DNA of 32,000 nt, taken from Methylophaga frappieri. Its GTDB lineage: Bacteria; Pseudomonadota; Gammaproteobacteria; Nitrosococcales; Methylophagaceae. Position 1 is the first letter of the stretch; the number at the start of each line of letters is the position of its first letter. The DNA lies in assembly GCF_000260965.1 (NCBI RefSeq), contig NC_017858.1:1-32000 (forward strand), given 5' to 3'. The position numbers were made by a program, and so were the translations under genes. Below the pieces are notes generated by a model, which ran no database searches, was not told where the DNA came from, and was given only the letters and a program-made list of their open reading frames with translations. Positions 1 through 6,277 of this stretch are shown piece after piece.

Positions 1-13
1 TTTATCGAAACAT

Positions 14-26
14 TTTAGCGGCTAAA
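14..26. promoter_or_regulatory. KorB operator (OB) palindrome TTTAGCGGCTAAA downstream of korC
   Basis: Exact 13-bp palindrome read at 14-26. It fits the IncP-1 OB consensus TTTAGC(G/C)GCTAAA, and four more copies occur in the window. Confidence 0.85.
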
Positions 27-57
27 ATCACAATTCCAAGCATTTCCTTCCTGGCGT

Positions 58-312
58 TCAACCTTCTTCCCAAATCTTGCCAAGCCCGGCCATGTCGCAA
101 AGCAACGCCCACGCGGCATAGGGAATATGTGTTTCTTCCCCGATCCAGCGGCGCACCGTTCTATCGCCCTTTTGCCCAAGCCCGACCTTTTTAGCAGCTC
201 CGCCACCTGTAAGCCCGGCAAGCCGCAGCACTTCGCGGATTTCATCGCCTGTCGGGCGCTCCCACTTTTCAGCAGGGCGCAGGCATTCCAGCCTGATATT
301 CGGATCACTCAT
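58..312 (-). CDS. korC: KorC transcriptional repressor
   Basis: 84-aa ORF MSDPNIRLECLRPAEKWERPTG...GDRTVRRWIGE...PYAAWALLCDMAG matches remembered RK2 KorC almost along its length. It sits after klcB with a start/stop overlap, and cognate palindromic operators are present at 1909 and 2720. Confidence 0.9.
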   Translation of the reverse strand: MSDPNIRLECLRPAEKWERPTGDEIREVLRLAGLTGGGAAKKVGLGQKGDRTVRRWIGEETHIPYAAWALLCDMAGLGKIWEEG

Positions 313-1378
313 TGTTTGTCTCTCCTGTGTCTATGACGGGGCGCAACTGATCAAAGCTGTAGATCGAATGCACCGATTTAGGGTTGTACTGGACCACGCG
401 CCGCCCGTTACGATTGATACGGTACTTTATAGGCTCGTCGTCGTGTGCCCACACCTGGGAAGAGTTGGGGGACAGTTTCGTGATAATCACAAACTTGCCT
501 ATGTCCTTCTCAAATACAGGGTGATGGACGCTAATAATTTCGCACCGTTGGCCCGGCTCGAAACGCCTTGTTACCTCCCTGGCGTTCAGGTTTGCGGCCT
601 TGGCCGCCGTTGGTTCGGGGGTTGTGGCCTCCTGTTCCACCTCCGGCAGCTCCTTTGCCGGTTTCTCTGCCTCAATCCTTGCTTGCGCTTCCTTGGCCCA
701 CTTGCGGGCAACAAACGCCTTCTGTGCGGGCAGCACAACGTCTACAAGGGCATAACCAGGGGGTATGTCCAGGGTCGCCGGCGAACGTCGCGCAGGCGGC
801 TCCAGAGAAGCCATAGCGGCGGGCAAAGGGGAACGGGCAAGCCGGTCCCTGTAGCTCGTTTCAATTTCAGGCCGCTTATCCTTGAGGTAATCGGCCAGTA
901 TGTCTTTTGCCGCCTCTTCCACCGTCGAACCAAACCGCAGCCCGTCGAAATGGGACCGATAGCCTGTCTCTGATATAAACCAGGCGTCCAGGTCTACCGC
1001 GTGAAACGAAAAGAGCGCGGTTCCCTGGCTGCCAAGGCTGCCAAACTCGACCAGGACGCGCATACCATCGACAACAACAACGAACGCCCCTTTCTGGCCC
1101 CACTTAGGAACCATCCCGGCATCGGCCTGACAATGGCTTTCAACCACGTTACCAGGTGAATCAGAATCCGCGCTGCAACCAAAGAAGGTGCCGCCGTTCA
1201 TCTTCCAAATAACCGCCTCATATCGAGCCATAGCACCGACAGCCCTTTCCTCGTCCTCTTCCAATACAGCACTGTGCAGGGCATCCACGACCTCGGCAGC
1301 CAGCTCCAGCAACGCGCCTTGCTCGTCGGGCATCGAGGCGGCCAGCTTGGCCGCTTGATCGTCTCTCTTATCCATCAT
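305..1378 (-). CDS. klcB: KlcB-like protein (kilC operon)
   Basis: ORF lies between klcA and korC as in RK2. The start is placed at the MMDKRDD ATG (1378) because the longer ORF would overlap klcA. It contains PPGYALVDVVLPAQKAFVARKW, the C-terminal motif shared by KorA, TrbA and KlcB, which aligns with the TrbA encoded here. Confidence 0.75.
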   Translation of the reverse strand: MMDKRDDQAAKLAASMPDEQGALLELAAEVVDALHSAVLEEDEERAVGAMARYEAVIWKMNGGTFFGCSADSDSPGNVVESHCQADAGMVPKWGQKGAFVVVVDGMRVLVEFGSLGSQGTALFSFHAVDLDAWFISETGYRSHFDGLRFGSTVEEAAKDILADYLKDKRPEIETSYRDRLARSPLPAAMASLEPPARRSPATLDIPPGYALVDVVLPAQKAFVARKWAKEAQARIEAEKPAKELPEVEQEATTPEPTAAKAANLNAREVTRRFEPGQRCEIISVHHPVFEKDIGKFVIITKLSPNSSQVWAHDDEPIKYRINRNGRRVVQYNPKSVHSIYSFDQLRPVIDTGETNNE

Positions 1379-1418
1379 CGTCACACGATGACCCCGGCTT
1401 GCGCCGGGGCCTCTCCTA

Positions 1419-1853
1419 TCAGTCGATAGCGCCAAGGATCGCAGCGGCTTCCGCGTGATCAAGCGCGTACTCTCTCAGGAAGTGATAACGGTCAATCAGG
1501 GCGTCACCCTCGGCGGTTCCCTGGGCTTCGGCGGCCAGGTGCCCAAATGCGAACAACGTGGCTACGATCCCCGCCGCGTCAGCCGACATAGAGCCAGAAA
1601 ACCAGTTACCGGCAACCTCCAGGTGCATGTCGGCGTCAATGGCCGGGGCCATGTAGTAACCGCCGTTCGACAGCGTGTAAAAGTGCCAGAAAGCGCCTTT
1701 GTAGTCCTGGCAAAGTTTGCCCATGTAACCCAGCACCAGGGCTTCGCCGCGCGTCATTCGGGCCTTACCAAACGCAGCAGGGTAAAACGTCATGCGGCGA
1801 CCTTGCGGAACCAGGGAAGCGGTAACAGGGGTGTAATCGGTTGTATCAGTCAT
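1419..1853 (-). CDS. klcA: KlcA antirestriction protein (ArdB family)
   Basis: 144 aa from MTDTTDYTPV..., with GGAGA 8 nt upstream of the ATG at 1853. Sequence and size resemble RK2 KlcA, the gene is first in klcA-klcB-korC, and a KorC-operator promoter lies upstream. Confidence 0.85.
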   Translation of the reverse strand: MTDTTDYTPVTASLVPQGRRMTFYPAAFGKARMTRGEALVLGYMGKLCQDYKGAFWHFYTLSNGGYYMAPAIDADMHLEVAGNWFSGSMSADAAGIVATLFAFGHLAAEAQGTAEGDALIDRYHFLREYALDHAEAAAILGAID

Positions 1854-1897
1854 CGGAAAATCTCCGGTTATTGACCTGGGCAGTGTGCCCGGCCTTC
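1851..1897 (-). repeat. Conserved 47-nt leader cassette, copy 1 (5' UTR plus start of klcA)
   Basis: catcggaaaatctccggttattgacctgggcagtgtgcccggccttc is near-identical to the copies at 2269-2315 and 2661-2707. Confidence 0.9.
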
Positions 1898-1904
1898 GAT
1901 GTAT

Positions 1905-1934
1905 ATAATAGGGCAATTTGCCCTAATCAGTCAA
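1905..1934 (-). promoter_or_regulatory. klcA promoter with KorC operator (OC)
   Basis: Minus strand reads TTGACT (1934-1929), an 18-nt spacer, then TATTAT (1910-1905). The 17-bp palindrome TAGGGCAATTTGCCCTA (1909-1925) fills the spacer and resembles the RK2 OC TAGGGCATAATGCCCTA. Confidence 0.8.
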
Positions 1935-1944
1935 TAGCCAAGCA

Positions 1945-1972
1945 CAAAAAAACCCGGATAAACCGGGCTTTT
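1945..1972 (-). terminator. Rho-independent terminator after the 98-aa ORF
   Basis: Minus strand has the hairpin CCCGG-TTTAT-CCGGG followed by TTTTTTT, immediately after the stop at 1975. Confidence 0.65.
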
Positions 1973-1974
1973 TC

Positions 1975-2271
1975 TCAGTGGACACAAAGGGTTAGTGTCG
2001 GTTTCTTCGGCTCGGGGCGCTCCTGCTCCTGAATCCGTTTCGCAGCTTGCTCTAGGCGCTTGCGGGCTGCCTCCAGGCTCTTCCCGTGTTCTTCCAGGTC
2101 AGCAGGCTTAGCCCGTTTGCACTCCAGGGCCTCAACAAGCCCAATGACGCGCTCCACGCGCTCAACCCAATAGCGAAGCTCCTGGGCACCAACACAGGCG
2201 TGATAGTCCACGTTTGCCATGCGGTACAGGTGATCAACTGAATTGCGAAATTCTTTAACTGATACGTTCAT
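1975..2271 (-). CDS. Hypothetical 98-aa coiled-coil protein upstream of klcA
   Basis: Start at the MNVSVKEF ATG (2271), preceded by the conserved GGAGA leader. The C-terminus is charged and helical, and no motif was recognised. Confidence 0.6.
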   Translation of the reverse strand: MNVSVKEFRNSVDHLYRMANVDYHACVGAQELRYWVERVERVIGLVEALECKRAKPADLEEHGKSLEAARKRLEQAAKRIQEQERPEPKKPTLTLCVH

Positions 2272-2315
2272 CGGACAATCTCCGGTTATCGACCTGGGCA
2301 GTATGCCCGGCCTTC
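2269..2315 (-). repeat. Conserved 47-nt leader cassette, copy 2
   Basis: catcggacaatctccggttatcgacctgggcagtatgcccggccttc. The upstream operator is degenerate here; only the half-site GCCCTA is retained. Confidence 0.9.
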
Positions 2316-2344
2316 GGTTTACAAGGGTAGGGCAGGCTTGCGCC

Positions 2345-2361
2345 CGCCCCTCAAAGATCAA
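2345..2361 (+). repeat. Degenerate iteron-like site (CGCCCCTCAAAGATCAA)
   Basis: 14 of 17 matches to the window iteron consensus CGCCCCTCA(A/T)(G/A)TGTCA(G/A). It shares the AGATCAA variant with the iteron at 3962 and overlaps the stop codon of the 2358-2663 ORF. Confidence 0.45.
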
Positions 2362-2663
2362 TGAAAGTCAGGCTCTGCGCCGCACTCGCCACAACCGGCC
2401 TCGTAGGGATCGGCTCCGGCTTCGCCGCATTCGTTGCAAATCCAAGTTGACTCTTCTGGCTCGGTAGCAACGCGGCTGAATCGACCGCTCTTGGAGTCCT
2501 CCAACCATTCGCCCTCGCTCTCAAGCTGGAACGTGAAGGTGTGACCGGCATGGCAGGTGCCTTGCCACGGTGTTTCCGGGGTGTCGGTGTCTTGGGGGAC
2601 AGCAGCGCCGCAGACAGGGCACAGGGGGCGGGTGAGATCAGGGGTGTAAGTGTAAATCGTCAT
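2358..2663 (-). CDS. Hypothetical 101-aa Cys-rich (zinc-ribbon-like) protein
   Basis: Contains CPVC...CHAGH and CNEC...CGEC knuckles. The ATG at 2663 is preceded by the conserved leader and a KorC-operator promoter. Confidence 0.6.
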   Translation of the reverse strand: MTIYTYTPDLTRPLCPVCGAAVPQDTDTPETPWQGTCHAGHTFTFQLESEGEWLEDSKSGRFSRVATEPEESTWICNECGEAGADPYEAGCGECGAEPDFH

Positions 2664-2707
2664 CGGAAGCTCTCCGGTTGTTGACCTTGGCGACTTGCCC
2701 GGCCTTC
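2661..2707 (-). repeat. Conserved 47-nt leader cassette, copy 3
   Basis: catcggaagctctccggttgttgaccttggcgacttgcccggccttc. Confidence 0.85.
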
Positions 2708-2715
2708 TGTCTATA

Positions 2716-2736
2716 ATAATAGGGCAAATTGCCCTC
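2716..2736 (-). promoter_or_regulatory. Second KorC operator overlapping a -10 element
   Basis: TAGGGCAAATTGCCCTC at 2720-2736 is a 16 of 17 palindrome, in the same position relative to TATTAT (2721-2716, minus strand) as at klcA. The -35 element is weak. Confidence 0.65.
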
Positions 2737-2761
2737 TATCCCTCACTTTCAAAGGGTTTCA

Positions 2762-2778
2762 TTGAAACTTGAGGGGCT
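2762..2778 (-). repeat. Inverted-orientation iteron (minus strand AGCCCCTCAAGTTTCAA)
   Basis: 15 of 17 matches to the iteron consensus, but on the opposite strand to the nine direct copies. RK2 oriV is also reported to carry an outlying inverted iteron. Confidence 0.6.
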
Positions 2779-2795
2779 GAAAACTGGTGTGGCCT

Positions 2796-3018
2796 GGTAA
2801 TAAAGTCGGTAACAAGGTAATAAAGTTGGTAACTTCCGGCTTCGCCGCAAACCTGAATTCATTAAGTCACAAGGTTTATCAACAACTTAACCGACCACCA
2901 CCGCACCTTAGTTCGTTCTGAGAACGTGACTTTCCGCCTGAAAGTTACCAACTCTATTTTTTATTCAGGTTTTTTCAGTGCGGAAGAATGCGGACTATAG
3001 CGGCGTTTTGTTACCAAC
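2796..3018. repeat. Array of four (A)AAGT(T/C)GGTAAC motifs
   Basis: GGTAATAAAGTCGGTAAC at 2796-2813 and GGTAATAAAGTTGGTAAC at 2816-2833 are direct copies in 20-bp phase. GTTACCAAC at 2944-2952 and 3010-3018 is the same core inverted. Confidence 0.6.
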
Positions 3019-3477
3019 TTTTTTATGATCTGACAACTGGCTCCGATCTGGCCGCCTCCTTTCCTTGGCGTTCAAACAAACGAACTTCTAAGGTTGCACA
3101 ATGGCTTAGGGTCGCTTTACACGCTCCAGGATGCGCGGTGTTTGACAATCGGGGAGTCCAGAGGGGCGGTAGCCCCTTTGGGCATAGCGCAGCGTAAGCG
3201 CACGTTCTAATGGGGTGAGGACGCGCAGCGGCCGAGGGGCTTGCCCCTGGGGGGGATGGGAGGACGCGCAGCGTCCGGGAGGGATCGAGAAGGGGGGTCT
3301 CCCCCCTTCGGGGGCCGGTTTTCGCTTTTCGGCTTTGCGTGCCAAGTGAGCATTTTTCGCCCAATTGGTTATAAGAATTTTGGTATATTTTTTGGTATAT
3401 AAAGGGTTAAAAGAAGGTTAGGGGGCCTAAAAAATCCTCTCAAGACCTTGTTTTAAATGTATTTTTTGGTTATCCCC

Positions 3478-3585
3478 CGCCCCTCAAGTGTCAGCAAACC
3501 CGCCCCTCATGTGTCTATATTCTGCCCCTCAAGTGTCAGCAAACCCGCCCCTCATATGTCAGTAGGTGCGCCCCTCATATGTCAG
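3478..3585 (+). repeat. Cluster of five direct 17-bp iterons (TrfA binding sites)
   Basis: Copies start at 3478, 3501, 3523, 3546 and 3569, spaced 22-23 bp apart. All read (C/T)GCCCCTCA(A/T)(G/A)TGTC(A/T), the complement of the RK2 iteron TGACACTTGAGGGGC. Confidence 0.92.
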
Positions 3586-3624
3586 CAGTGCATCGGGGTT
3601 ACTCACAGGGTTATACCTATGAAA

Positions 3625-3633
3625 TGTGGATAA
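3625..3633 (-). promoter_or_regulatory. DnaA box (TTATCCACA on the minus strand)
   Basis: tgtggataa is an exact 9-mer. Weaker boxes are ttactcaca at 3599-3607 and ttatcccca at 3779-3787. Confidence 0.7.
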
Positions 3634-3695
3634 CTGTTCGCCAAGGGCTGGCTTTCGCCAGGTTTGGACACCAGGGAAGGGGGGATTTTCACGTT

Positions 3696-3768
3696 GGCCC
3701 CCCAAGTGTCAGCAGTGCGCCTAGGTCGCTGGCCCCTCATATGTCAATCACCGCCCCTCAAGTGTCAA
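3696..3768 (+). repeat. Cluster of three direct iterons
   Basis: Copies at 3696-3712 (GGCCCCCCAAGTGTCAG), 3731-3747 (GGCCCCTCATATGTCAA) and 3752-3768 (CGCCCCTCAAGTGTCAA). Confidence 0.85.
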
Positions 3769-3961
3769 CCAACAAAATTTATCCCCACGGCCTACCCACA
3801 AGCTCCAGGGTCGAATCACCCTCCCTGTGGCGTTCAACCAGGTACAGCCTGGAAGGCTTCGCCATTAGTAATACGCACGGACCTGTCTCACCGCTGAAAA
3901 CACTATATGTGGTGTCCGATCGCAGCTGATAAGGCACTAGATATAGTATTCTCTTCGCCCT

Positions 3962-3978
3962 GGCCCCTCATAGATCAA
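3962..3978 (+). repeat. Single iteron just downstream of trfA
   Basis: GGCCCCTCATAGATCAA, in the same orientation as the clusters. Confidence 0.7.
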
Positions 3979-3980
3979 TA

Positions 3981-4003
3981 AAAAAGGGGCCGCAGCCCCT
4001 TTG
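3981..4003 (-). terminator. Rho-independent terminator of trfA
   Basis: Minus strand has AGGGGC-TGCG-GCCCCT followed by TTTTTT, 18 nt after the trfA stop. Confidence 0.75.
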
Positions 4004-4020
4004 TCCTCGATGCGTGGCCA

Positions 4021-5151
4021 TCAGCTCCGCCTGCACCCCAGGGAGTCAGCGGAAACCCAAGCATCGGCAACCAGACCGCTCTCTTTCAGCTCTTCACACG
4101 CTGCCCCGACCTGCTCCCGCCACTTCTTAGCTCTGGTCGATTCCGAGCCGCACATAAGCCGGAAGGTTTCCAGCTTCAACGGGAACGGCTCCTTGTGTGA
4201 AGCAAAGTAGTCGAACATGCGGCGGGCGGTAGGGGACAGCTTGCGGTACTTGTCCCAAATGAAGCGCGAATAGTAGTCACCGGCAAACAGCACAACCATT
4301 TCTTCATCAATCATGACCTGGCATCGAGAATTGCGCTTGCCTCGATCCAGGACGCGAAACCGGCTGATTAGTGATAGTGACTCAAGACGACCAATCCGCT
4401 TGGATTCAAACTGCATGGCCGATGCCTGCAATCGTGACAAACACTCTTCGGCTTTCTTGTAGTAACGGCCATTAATCGACCACCCCAAGTCCTTGCACAG
4501 CTCATAGAACGTGAAGCTGATAGGATCGCCAATAGGCGAACGCTTGGAATACTCCATAACCTGTTGCCATACTAGCTCGTCATCTTCTGCCCGAAGCTCT
4601 ACGCCCGTATAGGTGATGTTCACATCGTTTCCGATGCTATAAATAGGCTCGCTCTGCAAAGCTGCGCGGGGCACTCGTTTGTTTCGCACAGTGAAAAGAG
4701 CCGACCGGGCGTAATCGTTCGGCAATGCCCGCATATGGTCGCCCCAGGGCGCAATATCAAACAATGATAGCTGGGCGTCCCTGATCTCCTGCTTGGTGTG
4801 TTTTAGCAGTGCCGCCTGGCGGGCTTCATCCACTTTTGAGGCCAGCGCATCCGTCGCGCCTTTCTTTCGCCCTGGCTTCTTGTCGCTCATGGCTTCCCCC
4901 TTGACAGCCGGGGCCGCGTCGTTGGCCTCCGTGGTGTTCTGGTTAGCGTTGGTTGTATCAGGAAGGGCAGGGGCTTCGGGTTCAGGAATGCCCGGCAGGG
5001 TGATCGCCTCGCCAATGGGGCGAAGCCCTGCCTTTGCTGACTTGGTTTGATGGTATGCTGTTCTGGACGCAATTTCTTTTGCTTTGTCTGGATCGACACC
5101 ACCGACAATCAGCTTTTTTATATATTCTTGTTGGTTAAAGTCGTCTGCCAT
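4021..5151 (-). CDS. trfA: TrfA-family replication initiator
   Basis: 376-aa ORF adjacent to the iterons and downstream of ssb, as in IncP-1. The C-terminal 280 aa have the TrfA-like pattern, although the protein is clearly diverged from remembered RK2 TrfA. Confidence 0.85.
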   Translation of the reverse strand: MADDFNQQEYIKKLIVGGVDPDKAKEIASRTAYHQTKSAKAGLRPIGEAITLPGIPEPEAPALPDTTNANQNTTEANDAAPAVKGEAMSDKKPGRKKGATDALASKVDEARQAALLKHTKQEIRDAQLSLFDIAPWGDHMRALPNDYARSALFTVRNKRVPRAALQSEPIYSIGNDVNITYTGVELRAEDDELVWQQVMEYSKRSPIGDPISFTFYELCKDLGWSINGRYYKKAEECLSRLQASAMQFESKRIGRLESLSLISRFRVLDRGKRNSRCQVMIDEEMVVLFAGDYYSRFIWDKYRKLSPTARRMFDYFASHKEPFPLKLETFRLMCGSESTRAKKWREQVGAACEELKESGLVADAWVSADSLGCRRS

Positions 5152-5196
5152 TTACTGCCCTCCTGATAACACCCCGGCTAGGCCGGGGCCGACGCC

Positions 5197-5544
5197 TTAG
5201 CCCTGTGGTTGTCCTTCCGGGGCTTTTGTATCTAGGTAATCAATCTTTTCCGCAATGAAGTCGGTGCCGAACTCGGTTTTGCCATCTTTCTCGAAGCGGG
5301 TATTTTCGATGCGCCCCTGGACAAACACCTTGGAACCTTTCCCCAGGTAGCGGGCAGCACTGTCAGCGGTCGCACCAAACGACTTGATGCGGAAAAAGTC
5401 CGTCCTTTCTTGCTTGTCAGCACCTTTCCCCCATGTGCGGTTAACAGCAACATCAAATATTGCGCGACTACTGCCGCCTTGGCTGTTATGTAGCTCTGTA
5501 TCGCGGGTCAGATTTCCGATAAACTGGAACATGTTGTGGCTCAT
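5197..5544 (-). CDS. ssb: Plasmid single-stranded DNA-binding protein
   Basis: 115-aa OB-fold SSB pattern MSHNMFQFIGNLTRDTEL...VFVQGRI. It is the first gene of the trfA operon as in RK2, with AAAGGAG upstream of the ATG. Confidence 0.9.
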   Translation of the reverse strand: MSHNMFQFIGNLTRDTELHNSQGGSSRAIFDVAVNRTWGKGADKQERTDFFRIKSFGATADSAARYLGKGSKVFVQGRIENTRFEKDGKTEFGTDFIAEKIDYLDTKAPEGQPQG

Positions 5545-5574
5545 GGTAGAGTCTCCTTTCGTTATGACAAGGGG

Positions 5575-5603
5575 AGTATAGCTATACTTTTATGCCAAGT
5601 CAA
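5575..5603 (-). promoter_or_regulatory. ssb-trfA operon promoter
   Basis: Minus strand reads TTGACT (5603-5598), a 17-nt spacer, then TATACT (5580-5575). An OB lies just upstream of the -35 and a palindrome overlaps the -10. Confidence 0.75.
5576..5587. promoter_or_regulatory. KorA-operator-like perfect palindrome GTATAGCTATAC
   Basis: 12-bp perfect palindrome overlapping the -10. It differs from the RK2 OA GTTTAGCTAAAC at the symmetric positions 3 and 10, and occupies the same place as OA in RK2 trfAp. Confidence 0.55.
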
Positions 5604-5607
5604 AAAC

Positions 5608-5620
5608 TTTAGCGGCTAAA
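5608..5620. promoter_or_regulatory. KorB operator (OB) in the trfA/trbA divergent region
   Basis: Exact TTTAGCGGCTAAA, 4 nt upstream of the -35 of the ssb-trfA promoter. Confidence 0.88.
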
Positions 5621-5642
5621 ATCGGCCTACAAGAGAGGCAAG

Positions 5643-6026
5643 GTGTATAACTTCATCTTTTTCACTAACGTGCTGCGCATCCTTGATGAACGGCACATGA
5701 CCAAGAACGAACTGGCAGAACGCTCCGGCGTTTCCATTTCGTTTTTGTCGGACTTAACAACGGGTAAGGCTAACCCCTCACTGAAAGTGATGGAAGCCAT
5801 AGCGGCAGCCCTCGAAACGCCGCTTCCCCTTCTCCTGGAGTCAACCGACTTGGATCGGACGGCGCTGGACGCCCTGGCAGGTGGAAAGATGCCGAATAGC
5901 TTGCCAGCAGGCTATGAGCGCGTTTGTGCTGTGCTTCCTGAGCATCGGGCCTTCCAGGTAAAGAAGTGGGGCGAAGAAACAAGAAAAAAATTGCGGGACA
6001 TGGACGCCACACAAAAGGACTATTGA
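5643..6026 (+). CDS. trbA: TrbA transcriptional repressor (XRE HTH plus KorA/KlcB-type C-terminal domain)
   Basis: The GTG start at 5643 follows GAGAGG. The HTH is MTKNELAERSGVSISFLSDLTTGK and the C-terminal motif is PAGYERVCAVLPEHRAFQVKKW. The gene lies between trfA and trbB as in IncP-1. Confidence 0.85.
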   Translation: MYNFIFFTNVLRILDERHMTKNELAERSGVSISFLSDLTTGKANPSLKVMEAIAAALETPLPLLLESTDLDRTALDALAGGKMPNSLPAGYERVCAVLPEHRAFQVKKWGEETRKKLRDMDATQKDY

Positions 6027-6064
6027 CTTTTTTTGTAAGAAATCCCTCCCTGATGCCGTTGGAT

Positions 6065-6077
6065 TTTAGCGGCTAAA
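6065..6077. promoter_or_regulatory. KorB operator (OB) upstream of trbB
   Basis: Exact TTTAGCGGCTAAA about 200 bp upstream of the trbB ATG, in a distal position. Confidence 0.85.
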
Positions 6078-6096
6078 AAAGGCTGCCGGGCCTTTT
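6077..6096 (+). terminator. Hairpin after trbA (possible attenuator or terminator)
   Basis: AAAAGGC-TGCCGG-GCCTTTT forms a 7-bp stem ending in a T run. Confidence 0.35.
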
Positions 6097-6277
6097 AAAA
6101 CCGGAATCACCGAAAAGGACCGTTGCGCTAGAGGCGTGATATAGGCTCGCGGGTGTCACCCGTGAGCCTCGTGGACGAAATCATCTAAACTTTTTTGTTC
6201 GTTATGTTGCGCGGTCTTTGTTTTCGGTATATCGTATGTACTAGAAACGGATTAACCGAAAATATCGGGGCAACTGA

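Larger units (their letters stand above)
3200..3978 (-). other. oriV: oriV, vegetative replication origin of RK2 type
   Basis: Read on the minus strand, the order is DnaA boxes, five iterons, an AT-rich block (3361-3470, with TTTTGGTATAT at 3378 and 3390), then a GC-rich block (about 3160-3340). This matches the RK2 oriV layout, and the origin lies next to trfA. Confidence 0.85.

Noticed and set aside
1854-2361. N-terminal extensions of the klcA and 98-aa ORFs (MPYYIHRRPGTLPRSITGDFP / ...RRPGILPRSITGDCP) that look like a conserved peptide.
   Set aside because: The similarity comes from translating through the repeated non-coding leader. The internal ATGs have the conserved GGAGA SD and give canonical protein lengths.
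3478-3768. Regularly spaced short repeats that could be mistaken for a CRISPR array.
   Set aside because: The repeats are 17 bp with only 5-6 bp between them in the five-copy cluster (wider gaps in the three-copy cluster). They match the RK2 TrfA iteron, and there are no cas genes or spacer-sized intervals.
2988-3929. ORFs of 69-116 aa predicted across the oriV region (2988-3197, 3023-3364, 3106-3345, 3579-3929, 3664-3897).
   Set aside because: They run through the iterons, DnaA boxes and GC-rich hairpins, and have no translation signals. The region is better explained as the replication origin.
5593-5622. Possible trbA promoter (TAAAAT at 5617-5622 within the OB).
   Set aside because: No acceptable -35 lies at 16-18 nt (TGCCAA at best). 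The promoter cannot be placed with confidence from sequence alone.
6219-6261. 8-bp inverted repeat TTTTCGGT / ACCGAAAA in the trbB leader as a possible RBS-masking hairpin. A second candidate is the imperfect GCTCGCGGG-TGTCA-CCCGTGAGC hairpin at 6146-6168.
   Set aside because: The first has a short AT-rich stem with a 26-nt loop and does not cover the SD. The evidence is too weak to call without structure probing.
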